Assembly (NCBI GenBank): GCA_015257795.3
Contig: CP072208.2
Coordinates: forward strand, 330,001 to 362,000
DNA: 32,000 nucleotides
Source: Candidatus Nanogingivalaceae bacterium
GTDB taxonomy: Bacteria > Patescibacteriota > Saccharimonadia > Saccharimonadales > Saccharimonadaceae
Reading direction: 5' to 3'
Below, one piece after another: positions 1 to 9,193 of the stretch (its first letter is position 1; each line of letters opens with the position of its first letter). The position numbers and the translations under genes are program-made. Under the pieces are notes generated by a model. That model ran no database searches. It saw nothing but the letters and a program-made list of their open reading frames with translations, and was not told where the DNA came from.

Positions 1-779
1 TTTTTTGTAGTTCTTTCTGAAAATTGCTTTTGTAGTTTTTTTGCAGTTTCATCGTTCTTTGCACCAATAATGACTCCCGATGTTTCCCTATCGAGACGGT
101 GAACAATACCGACACGATTTGTACCTTTTGCAAACTTAGCACCACGACTTTCAAAAAAATCTGCAACAGTAAATTCATCATTTAAAACTCCTTTACTGTG
201 CGTTAAGACACCCCGAGGCTTATTAATCACAACAACGTTCTCATCTTCAAAAATAATCGAAAAATCAACCTTTTCAACCTTTTTATCTGGAATACTAATT
301 AAAATTTTCGATTTTTCGTCCACTAAATCTTTTGGTTTTTTCGCAAGTTTTCCATTAACTTCAACAAAACCATTTTTAATATATTTTTGAATTGTAGCAC
401 GTGAAAATTCTGGATATTTTTCAGCTAAATAAACATCCAAACGCTTTTTCGACTGAATATTTTGGAAAAGATAAACGTCTTTACCTTCAAAAGGTATCGC
501 GAAGCTCATCATTGAATCTAATGGATTTTCAATCAGACGTCCTTCGATTTCGCCAAAATTCTTACGCAAAATCTCTCGAATATAAGACTCATCATCTTCC
601 GCGGTCCCATCAATAATAACAAAAAATTTATTCTTATTAAATTTAAATGTAAATATTTCTGAAAATTCGTCAGCCGAAATCTTTTTAAGCTCTTCAATAT
701 TTCGTGGAACATTGTCTTCGTTCGCGATATTGAATTTTCGCAAAATCTTTAAAATATCACTCGAATTAAATTTCGCCAT
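1..779 (-). CDS. rluD: RluA/RluD-family pseudouridine synthase with S4 domain, partial (C-terminus lies beyond the left edge)
   Basis: Not in the ORF track because it runs off the window. My translation from ATG 779 gives [11 protein letters not shown]... It contains an S4-like segment ([33 protein letters not shown]) and the RluA-family catalytic motif HRLDRETSG. The start overlaps the trpS stop by 14 nt. Confidence 0.8.
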   Translation of the reverse strand, partial: MAKFNSSDILKILRKFNIANEDNVPRNIEELKKISADEFSEIFTFKFNKNKFFVIIDGTAEDDESYIREILRKNFGEIEGRLIENPLDSMMSFAIPFEGKDVYLFQNIQSKKRLDVYLAEKYPEFSRATIQKYIKNGFVEVNGKLAKKPKDLVDEKSKILISIPDKKVEKVDFSIIFEDENVVVINKPRGVLTHSKGVLNDEFTVADFFESRGAKFAKGTNRVGIVHRLDRETSGVIIGAKNDETAKKLQKQFSERTTK

Positions 780-1806
780 TTTTATCTCCAAAATAGTCAA
801 TTTTCATTGCACGTTTAACTTCTTGCAAAGTTTCCGCTGCAGCTTTTCGTGCCTTCACACTTCCTTCTTCGAGCATTTTATAAATAGCTCCGGGATCTTT
901 CGCAAGCTCTTCACGCCTTTCTCGAATAGGTTTTAAAATCTTATCCATTTCTTCGATAAGGTATTTTTTAACCGCAACATCACCTAGTCCACCTTTTTGA
1001 TATTGCTTTTTCATTTCTTCAACCTTATTTTTATCTTCAGCAAAAACATCTAGATATGCAAAAACAACATTTCCTTCAACCTTACCCGGATCTTCAACCC
1101 TAATATGATCTGGATCCGTATACATTTTCATTACTTTTGCACGCATTTCTTCAAAAGAATCTGCAAGATAAATTCCATTATTTAAACTTTTACTCATCTT
1201 AGCATTCATACCATTAACACCCGGCAAACGGCGCTCAAGCCCTTCTTTCGAAAGAATAATTTCCGGCTCAACGAGAACTTCTGAATTATAAGCTTGATTA
1301 AAAGAACGCGCGATTTCACGAGTTAATTCAATCATCGGCGATTGGTCTTCACCGGCAGGAACATGAGTTGCTTTAAAAGCCGTAATGTCTGCGGCCTGCG
1401 AAATCGGATAAAACACAAAACCGCTTGGCACACCTTCGCCAAAGTTTTTCTGTTTAATCTCGGTTTTAACTGTTGGATTGCGTTCAAGACGCGAGATAGA
1501 AACTAAATTCGCATAAAACATTGCCAATTCAGGAAGTTGTGGAACCTGACTTTGAATAAAAATTGTCGTTTTCGAAGGGTCAATTCCAGCAGCTAAATAA
1601 TCCAATGCAACCTCAAGAACATTTTCACGAACTTTTTCAGGATTTTTTGCATTATCTGTTAAAGCTTGGGCGTCTGCAATCATTACAAACATCTCATATT
1701 CGCCTGAATTTTGTAGATCTACTCGGTTTTTCAATGACCCCACATAATGACCAATATGTAATTTTCCAGTCGGACGATCACCTGTTAAAATAATTTTTTT
1801 ACTCAT
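766..1806 (-). CDS. trpS: Tryptophan--tRNA ligase
   Basis: 346-aa track ORF with a class I HIGH-type motif ([11 protein letters not shown]) and a KMSKS motif. The ATG overlaps the upstream gene's TGA stop (ATGA). Confidence 0.92.
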   Translation of the reverse strand: MSKKIILTGDRPTGKLHIGHYVGSLKNRVDLQNSGEYEMFVMIADAQALTDNAKNPEKVRENVLEVALDYLAAGIDPSKTTIFIQSQVPQLPELAMFYANLVSISRLERNPTVKTEIKQKNFGEGVPSGFVFYPISQAADITAFKATHVPAGEDQSPMIELTREIARSFNQAYNSEVLVEPEIILSKEGLERRLPGVNGMNAKMSKSLNNGIYLADSFEEMRAKVMKMYTDPDHIRVEDPGKVEGNVVFAYLDVFAEDKNKVEEMKKQYQKGGLGDVAVKKYLIEEMDKILKPIRERREELAKDPGAIYKMLEEGSVKARKAAAETLQEVKRAMKIDYFGDKNGEI

Positions 1807-2615
1807 TTTTGCTCCTTTAAAGACTTATTAATATCTTTCGAAATTTGTGAAATCATTGATTTTGTTGGATCGTGTGCGCTTAAAACTCGCGAAACTTTAA
1901 TTTTATCGTTTATCCTACCTAACTTTCGAATATTTCTACCAATCACAACAGGATCGAAAGCTCCATAAATAATTTTCGTTGGTGTTTCAGTTTTTGAAAG
2001 AACAGTGAAAGTATCTTGTTGGATAATAGCTTCTTTTAAAGACCTTCGAACTGGACGAAACTGTTCTTGCGAATCAAATTTTTCAACATCTGCTACACCC
2101 ATTCCAATTGCGGTATTTACAAATTTAATAGATTCCTTTGGATCTGAAACAATTTTTTGATAACTCTTTTTAAGGATAAATTCTTGAACCGATTCACGAG
2201 CTTCTTCTGGTGAATATATTGGCGGCGAAAGTAGAAATATCTTATCTACGAGATTTGGGTACATTTTTGAAAATTCAGCAGCAACTAAAGACCCCATTGA
2301 ATGGCCTACTAAAAATAGAGGTTTTTTATATTTTTTCATTACAAAAACCATCCTACGAACTGCCCGGGCTTGCACGGCAAGACTTTGTGCGCCCAACCAT
2401 TTTGGTTTTGGTGATTTTCCATGACCGATCAAATCAACGGCGTAAATGTCAAATTCACCTTCAATTTCACTTTCAGCTTTCTTCCACATTGCAGCATTGC
2501 TTGCAATTCCATGAATAAAAACCACCACAGCTTCAGGGTTATCCGAACTACGCATTTTTGTAGCGTGAAGTCGATAAGGCACTCTCATATTTTTATGCAA
2601 AAACGAATCAAACAT
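1803..2615 (-). CDS. Alpha/beta-fold hydrolase
   Basis: HG oxyanion motif ([11 protein letters not shown]) and nucleophile elbow GHSMG. The start is ambiguous. The track uses TTG 2669, which lies inside the rpsH terminator stem and adds a T-rich hydrophobic N-terminus. I prefer ATG 2615, which sits 7 nt downstream of TGtTATAAT. Confidence 0.8.
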   Translation of the reverse strand: MFDSFLHKNMRVPYRLHATKMRSSDNPEAVVVFIHGIASNAAMWKKAESEIEGEFDIYAVDLIGHGKSPKPKWLGAQSLAVQARAVRRMVFVMKKYKKPLFLVGHSMGSLVAAEFSKMYPNLVDKIFLLSPPIYSPEEARESVQEFILKKSYQKIVSDPKESIKFVNTAIGMGVADVEKFDSQEQFRPVRRSLKEAIIQQDTFTVLSKTETPTKIIYGAFDPVVIGRNIRKLGRINDKIKVSRVLSAHDPTKSMISQISKDINKSLKEQK

Positions 2616-2622
2616 TAATATT

Positions 2623-2651
2623 ATTATAACATATCCAAGTAGTAAAATAAA
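2623..2651 (-). promoter_or_regulatory. Putative promoter of the hydrolase-trpS-rluD unit (TTTATT-17-TGtTATAAT), with the ATG 7 nt downstream
   Basis: Read directly on the minus strand. It has an extended -10 and a weak -35. Confidence 0.4.
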
Positions 2652-2656
2652 CCCTA

Positions 2657-2694
2657 CTAAAAAAGACAAGCCCTCATTAGAAGACTTGTCTTTT
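2657..2694 (-). terminator. Hairpin plus U-tract after rpsH
   Basis: AGACAAG / CTTGTCT stem extendable by A/U pairs, followed by T6. The 14-nt loop is large. Confidence 0.45.
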
Positions 2695-2716
2695 TAATTT
2701 AGCCTTAAGGATTAAA

Positions 2717-3118
2717 CTACCAAACTTTAAGTAGCAATTCGCCACCAAGTCGTTGTTTTTTAGCCTCAAAACCATTCATTACACCTTTTGAAGTTGAAAG
2801 TAGAACCATTCCACGACCACTTTTAATTCGTGGGATTTCTTCTACACCTACGTACATTCGGCGTCCTGGTTTACTCATTCGAGTAAGTTCATTAAAGCGA
2901 GCAGCTTCGCCATCTTTAGCAATTTTTACTACCAAGATATCGCGAGGTTTTGCTGACTCAACTTTAACAGATTCAATATAATTAGCTTTAGCAAGCTCTT
3001 TCGCTACTACTTCTTTCAATTTACTTGAAGGAACGCGAATTTCATTTTTGCCAACCATTGCTGCATTTCGAATGCGAGTTAGAAGGTCGGCAATAGGGTC
3101 AGTTGATTGTAATGACAT
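2717..3118 (-). CDS. rpsH: 30S ribosomal protein S8 (uS8)
   Basis: Recognisable uS8 sequence (DPIADLLTRIRNA...), spc-operon position after S14, and an SD (GGAGAA) upstream. Confidence 0.95.
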   Translation of the reverse strand: MSLQSTDPIADLLTRIRNAAMVGKNEIRVPSSKLKEVVAKELAKANYIESVKVESAKPRDILVVKIAKDGEAARFNELTRMSKPGRRMYVGVEEIPRIKSGRGMVLLSTSKGVMNGFEAKKQRLGGELLLKVW

Positions 3119-3133
3119 ATTTTCTCCTTCCTT

Positions 3134-3403
3134 CTACCAACTACTTTTCGTTACGCCTGGGATTTCACCCTTTGAAGCTTTAATGCGGAAAGTGATTCGG
3201 CTCATACCAAATCGTCGCATATAACCGCGTGGTCGACCATCAAAATTGTCGCGGTTCTTAAGTCGTGTAGGACTTGAGTTGCGTGGAAGCTTTTGAAGAC
3301 CTTCTTGGTCACCAGCAGCTTTCAATTCGGCGCGTTTTGCAGCATATTTTTCAATCATTTTTTTGCGCTTCAAGTCTTTTGCAATCATTGATTTTTTAGC
3401 CAT
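3134..3403 (-). CDS. rpsN: 30S ribosomal protein S14 (uS14), long non-zinc form
   Basis: 89 aa ending in ...[11 protein letters not shown], with no CxxC pairs. TAATG junction with rplE. Confidence 0.93.
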   Translation of the reverse strand: MAKKSMIAKDLKRKKMIEKYAAKRAELKAAGDQEGLQKLPRNSSPTRLKNRDNFDGRPRGYMRRFGMSRITFRIKASKGEIPGVTKSSW

Positions 3404-3981
3404 TACGCTTTTCCTTTCTTTTCAAATGGAATACCGAATTTTTCAAGTAGTGCTCGACTGTGAGCTTCACCTTCGTTTTTAATTACGAAAGTAACTTGAA
3501 GTCCGTGAAGAATTTGTGTTTCTTCGAAAGTCAATTCTGGGAAAATTGATTGTTCTAAAATTCCCAAGTTATAGTTTCCACCTTTGTCGAAACCTTTTGC
3601 ACCAACTCCATGGAAGTCTCGAACACGAGGTAATGCAACATTTACAAGACGGTCAAGGAATTCATACATTCGATCACCGCGCAAAGTTACACTATAACCA
3701 ATTGGAGCACCCATTCCACCACGAATTTTGAAAGTAGCAATTGATTTTTTAGGCAAACGTGCTACTGGTGTTTGACCAGTAATTTTTGTAACTGTATTTT
3801 TTACAGCTTCTTGAAAACGTTTGTCTTCTTTCTTTTTTCCTGTTCCTACGCTAACAACGATTTTTTCAAGCTTTGGAACTTGGTGGATATTTGTTAGCTC
3901 TAGTTCGCTTTCGAGTTCTTTAACAATAGTGTCTTTGTAAAGAGTTTTCAAGCGAGGAACATAAACAGTAGTTTTAGCCAT
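3403..3981 (-). CDS. rplE: 50S ribosomal protein L5 (uL5)
   Basis: 192-aa uL5-like sequence in the expected operon position, with TAATG junctions on both sides. Confidence 0.95.
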   Translation of the reverse strand: MAKTTVYVPRLKTLYKDTIVKELESELELTNIHQVPKLEKIVVSVGTGKKKEDKRFQEAVKNTVTKITGQTPVARLPKKSIATFKIRGGMGAPIGYSVTLRGDRMYEFLDRLVNVALPRVRDFHGVGAKGFDKGGNYNLGILEQSIFPELTFEETQILHGLQVTFVIKNEGEAHSRALLEKFGIPFEKKGKA

Positions 3982-4244
3982 TATTTATCTCCTTTTTTGC
4001 TTGATTTAGCGCTTTTAGCTTCTACTTTTTTAACTTTGTGAACTGGAGTTGGAACATGAATGTCTTTTACTCCACCACGTGGATTAAATTGGTTTGGTTT
4101 AATGTGACGGTGTTTTTTACCAACACCTTCAACTAGAACGGCGTTTTTCTTTGGTAGAACTTTAACAACTTCACCTGTCAAACCTTTATCTTTTCCACTG
4201 ATAATTACAACATTATCACCTTTTACAATTCCATTTAACGCCAT
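3981..4244 (-). CDS. rplX: 50S ribosomal protein L24 (uL24)
   Basis: 87 aa with a KOW-like segment (VKGDNVVIISGKDKG), located between L14 and L5. Confidence 0.93.
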   Translation of the reverse strand: MALNGIVKGDNVVIISGKDKGLTGEVVKVLPKKNAVLVEGVGKKHRHIKPNQFNPRGGVKDIHVPTPVHKVKKVEAKSAKSSKKGDK

Positions 4245-4245
4245 A

Positions 4246-4614
4246 TTAGAGCACCTCCGGAGCTAAGCTGATAATTTTGTTATATCCCAAATCGCGAAGC
4301 TCGCGTGGCACTGGACCAAATACACGAGTTGCTTTTGGAGTTTTGTCGTCAGCGATAATAACTGCAGCATTATCGTCAAAACAAATAGTTGAACCATCTT
4401 TTCGACGAATCTGGTCGCGAGTTCGCACAACAACAGCCTTCACAACTGATTTTTTCTTAACGTTACCAGTTGGGTTAGCGTCTTTAACAGTAGCAACGAT
4501 AATATCGCCAACTCGTGCGTAGCGGCGTTTTGAACCACCAAGAACACGAATACAAAGGATTTCTTTTGCACCACTGTTATCTGTTACTTTAAGTCGGCTT
4601 TCTTGTTGAATCAT
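4246..4614 (-). CDS. rplN: 50S ribosomal protein L14 (uL14)
   Basis: 122 aa, [17 protein letters not shown]..., a classic uL14 N-terminus. Confidence 0.96.
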   Translation of the reverse strand: MIQQESRLKVTDNSGAKEILCIRVLGGSKRRYARVGDIIVATVKDANPTGNVKKKSVVKAVVVRTRDQIRRKDGSTICFDDNAAVIIADDKTPKATRVFGPVPRELRDLGYNKIISLAPEVL

Positions 4615-4883
4615 TATGCCTCCTCTTTCAATTCTACTGAACCTCGGGCTTTTTCAACAATTTCAACTAAAGCAAAACTTTTAGTTTTCGAAATTGGTCG
4701 AACTTCTTTGATAACAACTTTGTCGCCTTCACCAGCTTCATTGTTTTCATCATGAGCAGTGTATTTTCGAGTTACAGTATATTGTTTGCCGTAAATTGGG
4801 TGTGTTTCACGGCTATGAACTGTTACGGTGATAGTTTTGTCGGCCTTAGCGCTCGAAACAACACCTGTCAATGTAGTCGCCAT
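4614..4883 (-). CDS. rpsQ: 30S ribosomal protein S17 (uS17)
   Basis: uS17 sequence ([18 protein letters not shown]...). I moved the start to ATG 4883, which lies 1 nt after the rplP TAA and has GGTGA upstream. The track's GTG 4895 would overlap rplP. Confidence 0.93.
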   Translation of the reverse strand: MATTLTGVVSSAKADKTITVTVHSRETHPIYGKQYTVTRKYTAHDENNEAGEGDKVVIKEVRPISKTKSFALVEIVEKARGSVELKEEA

Positions 4884-4884
4884 A

Positions 4885-5304
4885 TTAGATTTCACCTTTC
4901 TTTACGAATTTAACTTTTACTGGAAGTTTGTGGCCAGCAAGTCGCATAGCTTCGCGAGCAACTTCTTCTGAAACACCATTCATTTCAAACATGACAGTTC
5001 CAGCTTTAACTTTTGCCACAAAGAATTCTGGATTTCCCTTACCGCTACCCATTTTCACGTCTTGTGGTTTTCGAGTAACTGGTGTATGTGGGAAAATTCG
5101 AATCCAAACTTGACCGCCACGTTTAATGTAACGAGTCATAGCTGTTCGAGCTGATTCAATTTGTCGTGAATTGATTCGCTCATTTTCAAGGCTCATTAGA
5201 CCGTAGTCACCGAAAGCAACAGTGTTTCCACGAGTTGCTCGGCCTGGGTTTTTACCTTTTCGAACTTTTCGGTGAGCGGTTTTCTTTGGTAACAAAATAG
5301 CCAT
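4885..5304 (-). CDS. rplP: 50S ribosomal protein L16 (uL16)
   Basis: 139-aa uL16 sequence ([11 protein letters not shown]-type N-terminus) in the S10-operon position. Confidence 0.96.
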   Translation of the reverse strand: MAILLPKKTAHRKVRKGKNPGRATRGNTVAFGDYGLMSLENERINSRQIESARTAMTRYIKRGGQVWIRIFPHTPVTRKPQDVKMGSGKGNPEFFVAKVKAGTVMFEMNGVSEEVAREAMRLAGHKLPVKVKFVKKGEI

Positions 5305-5939
5305 TACTTAATATTCCTTTCACCTTTATTAATCCAAACTTTTACACCGATAATACCAGCTGGGGTTTTTGATCGTGCGCCGTGATAATTGATGTCTGCA
5401 CGGATTGTATGTAGAGGCACAGAACCTTCTGAGAATTTCTCGCGACGGCTCATTTCAGCACCATTCAAACGTCCAGCAACCTCAATACGAACACCTTTCG
5501 CACCAGCTTGCATTGTATTTTGTAAAGCCATTTTTACGGCTCGACGGAAGTTAATTCGACGTTCAAGTTGACGAGCAATATTTTCAGCAACTAATTTAGC
5601 TGAAAGTTCTGGTCGTCGAACCTCTTCAATATTAATTCGAACCGGCAAGCTAACCATTTTTTCAAGTTGAGCTTTTAGTTCTTGAACGCCAGCACCACCA
5701 CGTCCAATCACAACACCTGCTTTTGCAGTATGAATTGAAACGGTGATAAGGTTTTCTGTTCGTTCGATTTCGATTCGGTCGATAGTTGGTCGGCTTTCAA
5801 ATCGTTTTTCGATAGTTTTTCGGATTTTGTCATCTTCAATCAAGAATTTTGCAAAATCTTTTTTCTGAGCAAACCATCGTGAATCCCAGTTTTTATGAGC
5901 TTGCAAACGGAAGCTAATTGGATTAACTTTTTGACCCAT
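5304..5939 (-). CDS. rpsC: 30S ribosomal protein S3 (uS3)
   Basis: 211 aa, [12 protein letters not shown]..., with KH-domain GRGG. Confidence 0.96.
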   Translation of the reverse strand: MGQKVNPISFRLQAHKNWDSRWFAQKKDFAKFLIEDDKIRKTIEKRFESRPTIDRIEIERTENLITVSIHTAKAGVVIGRGGAGVQELKAQLEKMVSLPVRINIEEVRRPELSAKLVAENIARQLERRINFRRAVKMALQNTMQAGAKGVRIEVAGRLNGAEMSRREKFSEGSVPLHTIRADINYHGARSKTPAGIIGVKVWINKGERNIK

Positions 5940-6355
5940 TATTTGCTCTCTTTCTCTGCTTTTGCAGTAGTTTTCTTAACTTCAGCTTTTTTAGCTGGAG
6001 CTTTTTTCTCTTTAACAACGCCAGAAACTTCTACTAAAATGTTTGAAGTTTTCTTTTGGAAAGGAAGCGCCATTCCTCGCATATGAGGTTTAAATCGCTT
6101 TAGTCGTGAACCAGCTGTAACCGACAAAGTTGTGATTACAAGAGTTTTTGGATCAGCATTATCGTTGTTTTTAGCGTTAGCTGCAGCCGATTGAATAGCT
6201 TTTTTAACAGCTAAAGCGCTTCGGCGTGGTGTGTGATCAAGGATAACTAGAGCATCAGCAACAGTTCGACCCCGAACAAGACTTGCCACGATTGAAACTT
6301 TTCGTGGAGCCTGACCAATACCTTTGATGTAGGCACGAGTTGTTACATTAGCCAT
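5939..6355 (-). CDS. rplV: 50S ribosomal protein L22 (uL22) with a Lys/Ala-rich C-terminal tail
   Basis: 138 aa with a uL22 core and a tail KEKKAPAKKAEVKKTTAKAEKESK. Confidence 0.94.
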   Translation of the reverse strand: MANVTTRAYIKGIGQAPRKVSIVASLVRGRTVADALVILDHTPRRSALAVKKAIQSAAANAKNNDNADPKTLVITTLSVTAGSRLKRFKPHMRGMALPFQKKTSNILVEVSGVVKEKKAPAKKAEVKKTTAKAEKESK

Positions 6356-6621
6356 TATTTCTTATCCTTTCCACCGTGTTTTCGGAATTTACGTGTTGGC
6401 GCAAATTCACCAAGTTTATGTCCAACCATATTCTCTGAAATATAAACAGGAATATGCAATCGACCATTGTGAACAGCGATAGTTCGACCAACCATTTCTG
6501 GTGTAATTGTGCTTGAGCGAGCCCAAGTTTTAATCACTGTTCGGTCATCAGCTCCAAGAGCCGCTACTTTTTTAGCAAGCTTGAAGTCGATAAACGGACC
6601 TTTTTTCAATGAACGACTCAT
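6355..6621 (-). CDS. rpsS: 30S ribosomal protein S19 (uS19)
   Basis: 88 aa, [12 protein letters not shown]... Confidence 0.96.
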   Translation of the reverse strand: MSRSLKKGPFIDFKLAKKVAALGADDRTVIKTWARSSTITPEMVGRTIAVHNGRLHIPVYISENMVGHKLGEFAPTRKFRKHGGKDKK

Positions 6622-7467
6622 TTATTTTCTCCTCTTAGCTTCGTGACGACTCTTCACGATAAATTTATTAGTACTCTTACGTCGGCGAGTTTTGTAACCG
6701 AGAGTTGGTTGACCCCAAGGTGTGCGTGGAGTTGAACGACCAATTCCGTGTCGTCCACCATCACCACCACCGTGTGGGTGATCTACGGCATTCATAACAA
6801 CACCACGAACTGTTGGACGAATACCCTTGCGGCGTTTGCGACCAGCAGAACCAAGTTTAATATTTTGGTGTTGAATATTTCCAACTGTTCCAAGAGTTGC
6901 CTCTGCTTCCAATCGGAATTTTCGAACTTCGCCTGAAGGTAACTTAACCTGTGCGTAATCACCTTCTTTAGCCATTAACTGAGCTTTTGCACCAGCTGAA
7001 CGAACCATTTGTGCACCTTTTCCTGGTGTGATTTCAATTGCATAAATCAATGAACCAACAGGAATTTCTGAAAGTGGCATTCGGTTTGAGGCTTCAATTT
7101 CAATGTCTTTTTTACCAGTTTGGAAAACTTTTCCTTGGAACATTGATGTATCAGCCAATACATAGTAGAATTTACCATTTTGATCTTGAACTCGAGCAAT
7201 TCGCGCGCTTCGGTTTGGATCATATTCGATTTCTCGAACTGTTAAAGTCAAACCTGTTGGCAATTTGTGAGTTAAGATTCGGTAATGTCGCTTAACACCA
7301 CCACCTCGGTGTCGAACTGTAATTCGACCAGAGTTGTTGCGTCCAGCATTTTGCTTTTTCGCTTTCAAAAGACTTTTTAGCGGTTTTCGAGTTGTGATTT
7401 CGCTATAGTCTTCAGTCGTCATACCGCGTCGAGCAGGAGTCGTAGGATTATATTTCTTAATAGCCAT
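6622..7467 (-). CDS. rplB: 50S ribosomal protein L2 (uL2)
   Basis: 281 aa with the conserved MNAVDHPHGGG motif. Confidence 0.97.
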   Translation of the reverse strand: MAIKKYNPTTPARRGMTTEDYSEITTRKPLKSLLKAKKQNAGRNNSGRITVRHRGGGVKRHYRILTHKLPTGLTLTVREIEYDPNRSARIARVQDQNGKFYYVLADTSMFQGKVFQTGKKDIEIEASNRMPLSEIPVGSLIYAIEITPGKGAQMVRSAGAKAQLMAKEGDYAQVKLPSGEVRKFRLEAEATLGTVGNIQHQNIKLGSAGRKRRKGIRPTVRGVVMNAVDHPHGGGDGGRHGIGRSTPRTPWGQPTLGYKTRRRKSTNKFIVKSRHEAKRRK

Positions 7468-7802
7468 TACTTCTTCTCCTCAGCAGTTTCAGCTTCAGCG
7501 CTTTCAAAGATTGCAATTTTATCACCTTCTTTTACAGTCACGTAAGCTTTCTTGATATCTTTTTGAGTTGTTGAACCAGCAACGTATCGTTTTGGATTTC
7601 GAGATTTGTTGATTCGTTTAACTTTACCAGCTTGAACAACAGTTCGAACGCCAGTTACAGTTACTTCAAACTCTTTTTCAATCGCTTCTTTGATTTGATT
7701 TTTATTCAAAGTTAGCGGTACATTAAATACGTAAACATTTTTTGTTGTAGAAAGAGCATAAGCTTTCTCGGTTGCTCGTGGAGTAATAGGTTTGATCGCC
7801 AT
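7467..7802 (-). CDS. rplW: 50S ribosomal protein L23 (uL23)
   Basis: 111 aa, located between L4 and L2, with uL23-like sequence. Confidence 0.92.
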   Translation of the reverse strand: MAIKPITPRATEKAYALSTTKNVYVFNVPLTLNKNQIKEAIEKEFEVTVTGVRTVVQAGKVKRINKSRNPKRYVAGSTTQKDIKKAYVTVKEGDKIAIFESAEAETAEEKK

Positions 7803-8389
7803 TATTTTTCTCCTCCTAACCAGTTTTCGATTGTTTCAATTGCTTTTGGTGCAATAACAATGTGATCAGCGTTCAAAATGTCGAACACATTTAGATACAT
7901 TGGTGAAACAAGCAAAGCTTCACTAATATTATTTGTTGCACGAATTAATTCGTCTGTTTTTTCAGCAACGATAAGAACTCGTCGATTCAAATTATTCTCT
8001 TTCAAGAATTTTGCAACTTCAGCAGTTTTACCAGTTGTTTTGATATCTGCAACAAGAACTTTATCAGCTTTAACTGTCAAAGCTTGTCGAAGAGCAACTC
8101 GTTTTGAAGTTTTTGAAATTTTCTTAGTATAGTTTTCATTACCACGTGGTCCAAAAACAATACCACCGCCTCGCCAGATTGGGTTTCGAATTGATCCAAA
8201 TCGTGCGCGACCAGTTCCTTTTTGTCGCCATGGTTTTTTACCACCACCGCGAACTTCACCGCGTTGTTTTGTTGTAGCGCTTGCTAAGCGGTTATTAGCA
8301 AGATAAGCGTCATAGGCAAGCTTCAAGAGTTCGTGATTTCGAACTTCAACTGCAAAAACGCTTTTTGGAAGAGTTGTTTTTTCAGCCAT
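7802..8389 (-). CDS. rplD: 50S ribosomal protein L4 (uL4)
   Basis: 195 aa with the motif RGGGKKPWRQKGTGRAR. Confidence 0.96.
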   Translation of the reverse strand: MAEKTTLPKSVFAVEVRNHELLKLAYDAYLANNRLASATTKQRGEVRGGGKKPWRQKGTGRARFGSIRNPIWRGGGIVFGPRGNENYTKKISKTSKRVALRQALTVKADKVLVADIKTTGKTAEVAKFLKENNLNRRVLIVAEKTDELIRATNNISEALLVSPMYLNVFDILNADHIVIAPKAIETIENWLGGEK

Positions 8390-9003
8390 TATGCTTTACC
8401 TCCAATGCTAACAAGACCTTTCTTTGGTCCTGGAACAGCACCTTTTAGCCCAATTAAATTATTCTCTACATCGATATAGGCAACTGTTAGATTTTTAACA
8501 GTAACTTTATCGTGTCCCATTCGTCCAGGCATTCTTTTACCTTTAAAGACTTTTTGTGGATACATTGATCCGATTGAACCAACACGACGCACGTTTCCGT
8601 TTCCACCGTGTGAGCTCTTGCTTGTGTTAAAGTTGTGTCGCTTAACCGTTCCAGCAAAACCTTTACCTTTGCTTGTTCCAGTTACATTAACAATGTCTCC
8701 AAGCTCGAAAGCTTCAACATTAATTTTAGCGCCAACTTTTACATCCGCAGGGATTTCGTCAACGCGGAACTCACGAAGATGCTTCGGAGTTACCTCTGCT
8801 GGTTTTACATGTCCAGCCACGGCCTTGCTCAGGTTCTTACCCTCACCAAATGCCACTTGAACTGCGTTGTAGCCGTCTGTTTCAACGGTTTTAACCTGAG
8901 TCACAGTTACAGGGCCAGCTTGAACGAGCGTAATTGGTGTAACAACGCCGTCTTCACCGATGATTTGGGTCATACCAATTTTGGTACCGAGAAGTGTTTT
9001 CAT
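8389..9003 (-). CDS. rplC: 50S ribosomal protein L3 (uL3)
   Basis: 204 aa, LLGTKIGMTQI..., and the first gene of this transcription unit. Confidence 0.96.
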   Translation of the reverse strand: MKTLLGTKIGMTQIIGEDGVVTPITLVQAGPVTVTQVKTVETDGYNAVQVAFGEGKNLSKAVAGHVKPAEVTPKHLREFRVDEIPADVKVGAKINVEAFELGDIVNVTGTSKGKGFAGTVKRHNFNTSKSSHGGNGNVRRVGSIGSMYPQKVFKGKRMPGRMGHDKVTVKNLTVAYIDVENNLIGLKGAVPGPKKGLVSIGGKA

Positions 9004-9146
9004 TTCACTTATGCTCCCATTAATTTAATATTAGTAAACTTTCCACGATTAAAGCTTGGCGTTCGCGTGGTTTCGAAAGCGGGTTTTCCCTGTTACGACC
9101 CTCGCATAGCCAAGTTTTACATTTACGTAAATAAAGTTCACCCATA
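9004..9146 (-). promoter_or_regulatory. Structured 5' leader of rplC (candidate ribosomal-protein autoregulatory leader)
   Basis: Three competing helices are visible: CTTGGC/GCCAAG, GGGT/ACCC, and CCACG/CGTGG. The 3' arm of the first helix lies inside the loop of the third. Confidence 0.35.
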
Positions 9147-9175
9147 ATTTTAGCACATTTGTCTCTAAAAAGCAA
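9147..9175 (-). promoter_or_regulatory. Promoter of the rplC-rpsH operon (TTGCTT-17-TGcTAAAAT)
   Basis: Exact 17-nt spacer and extended -10, followed by a leader of about 135 nt. Confidence 0.6.
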
Positions 9176-9193
9176 GGGTTTTATATTAAAATC

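Noticed and set aside
8635-9147. Long plus-strand ORFs antisense to conserved genes. Examples are 8635-9147 (170 aa), 21019-21513 (164 aa), 16879-17352 (157 aa), 19369-19809 (146 aa) and 2210-2518.
   Set aside because: They lie entirely opposite strongly supported genes (rplC, tuf, nrdD, membrane protein, hydrolase). They have low-complexity compositions and no ribosome-binding signals, so they are shadow ORFs.
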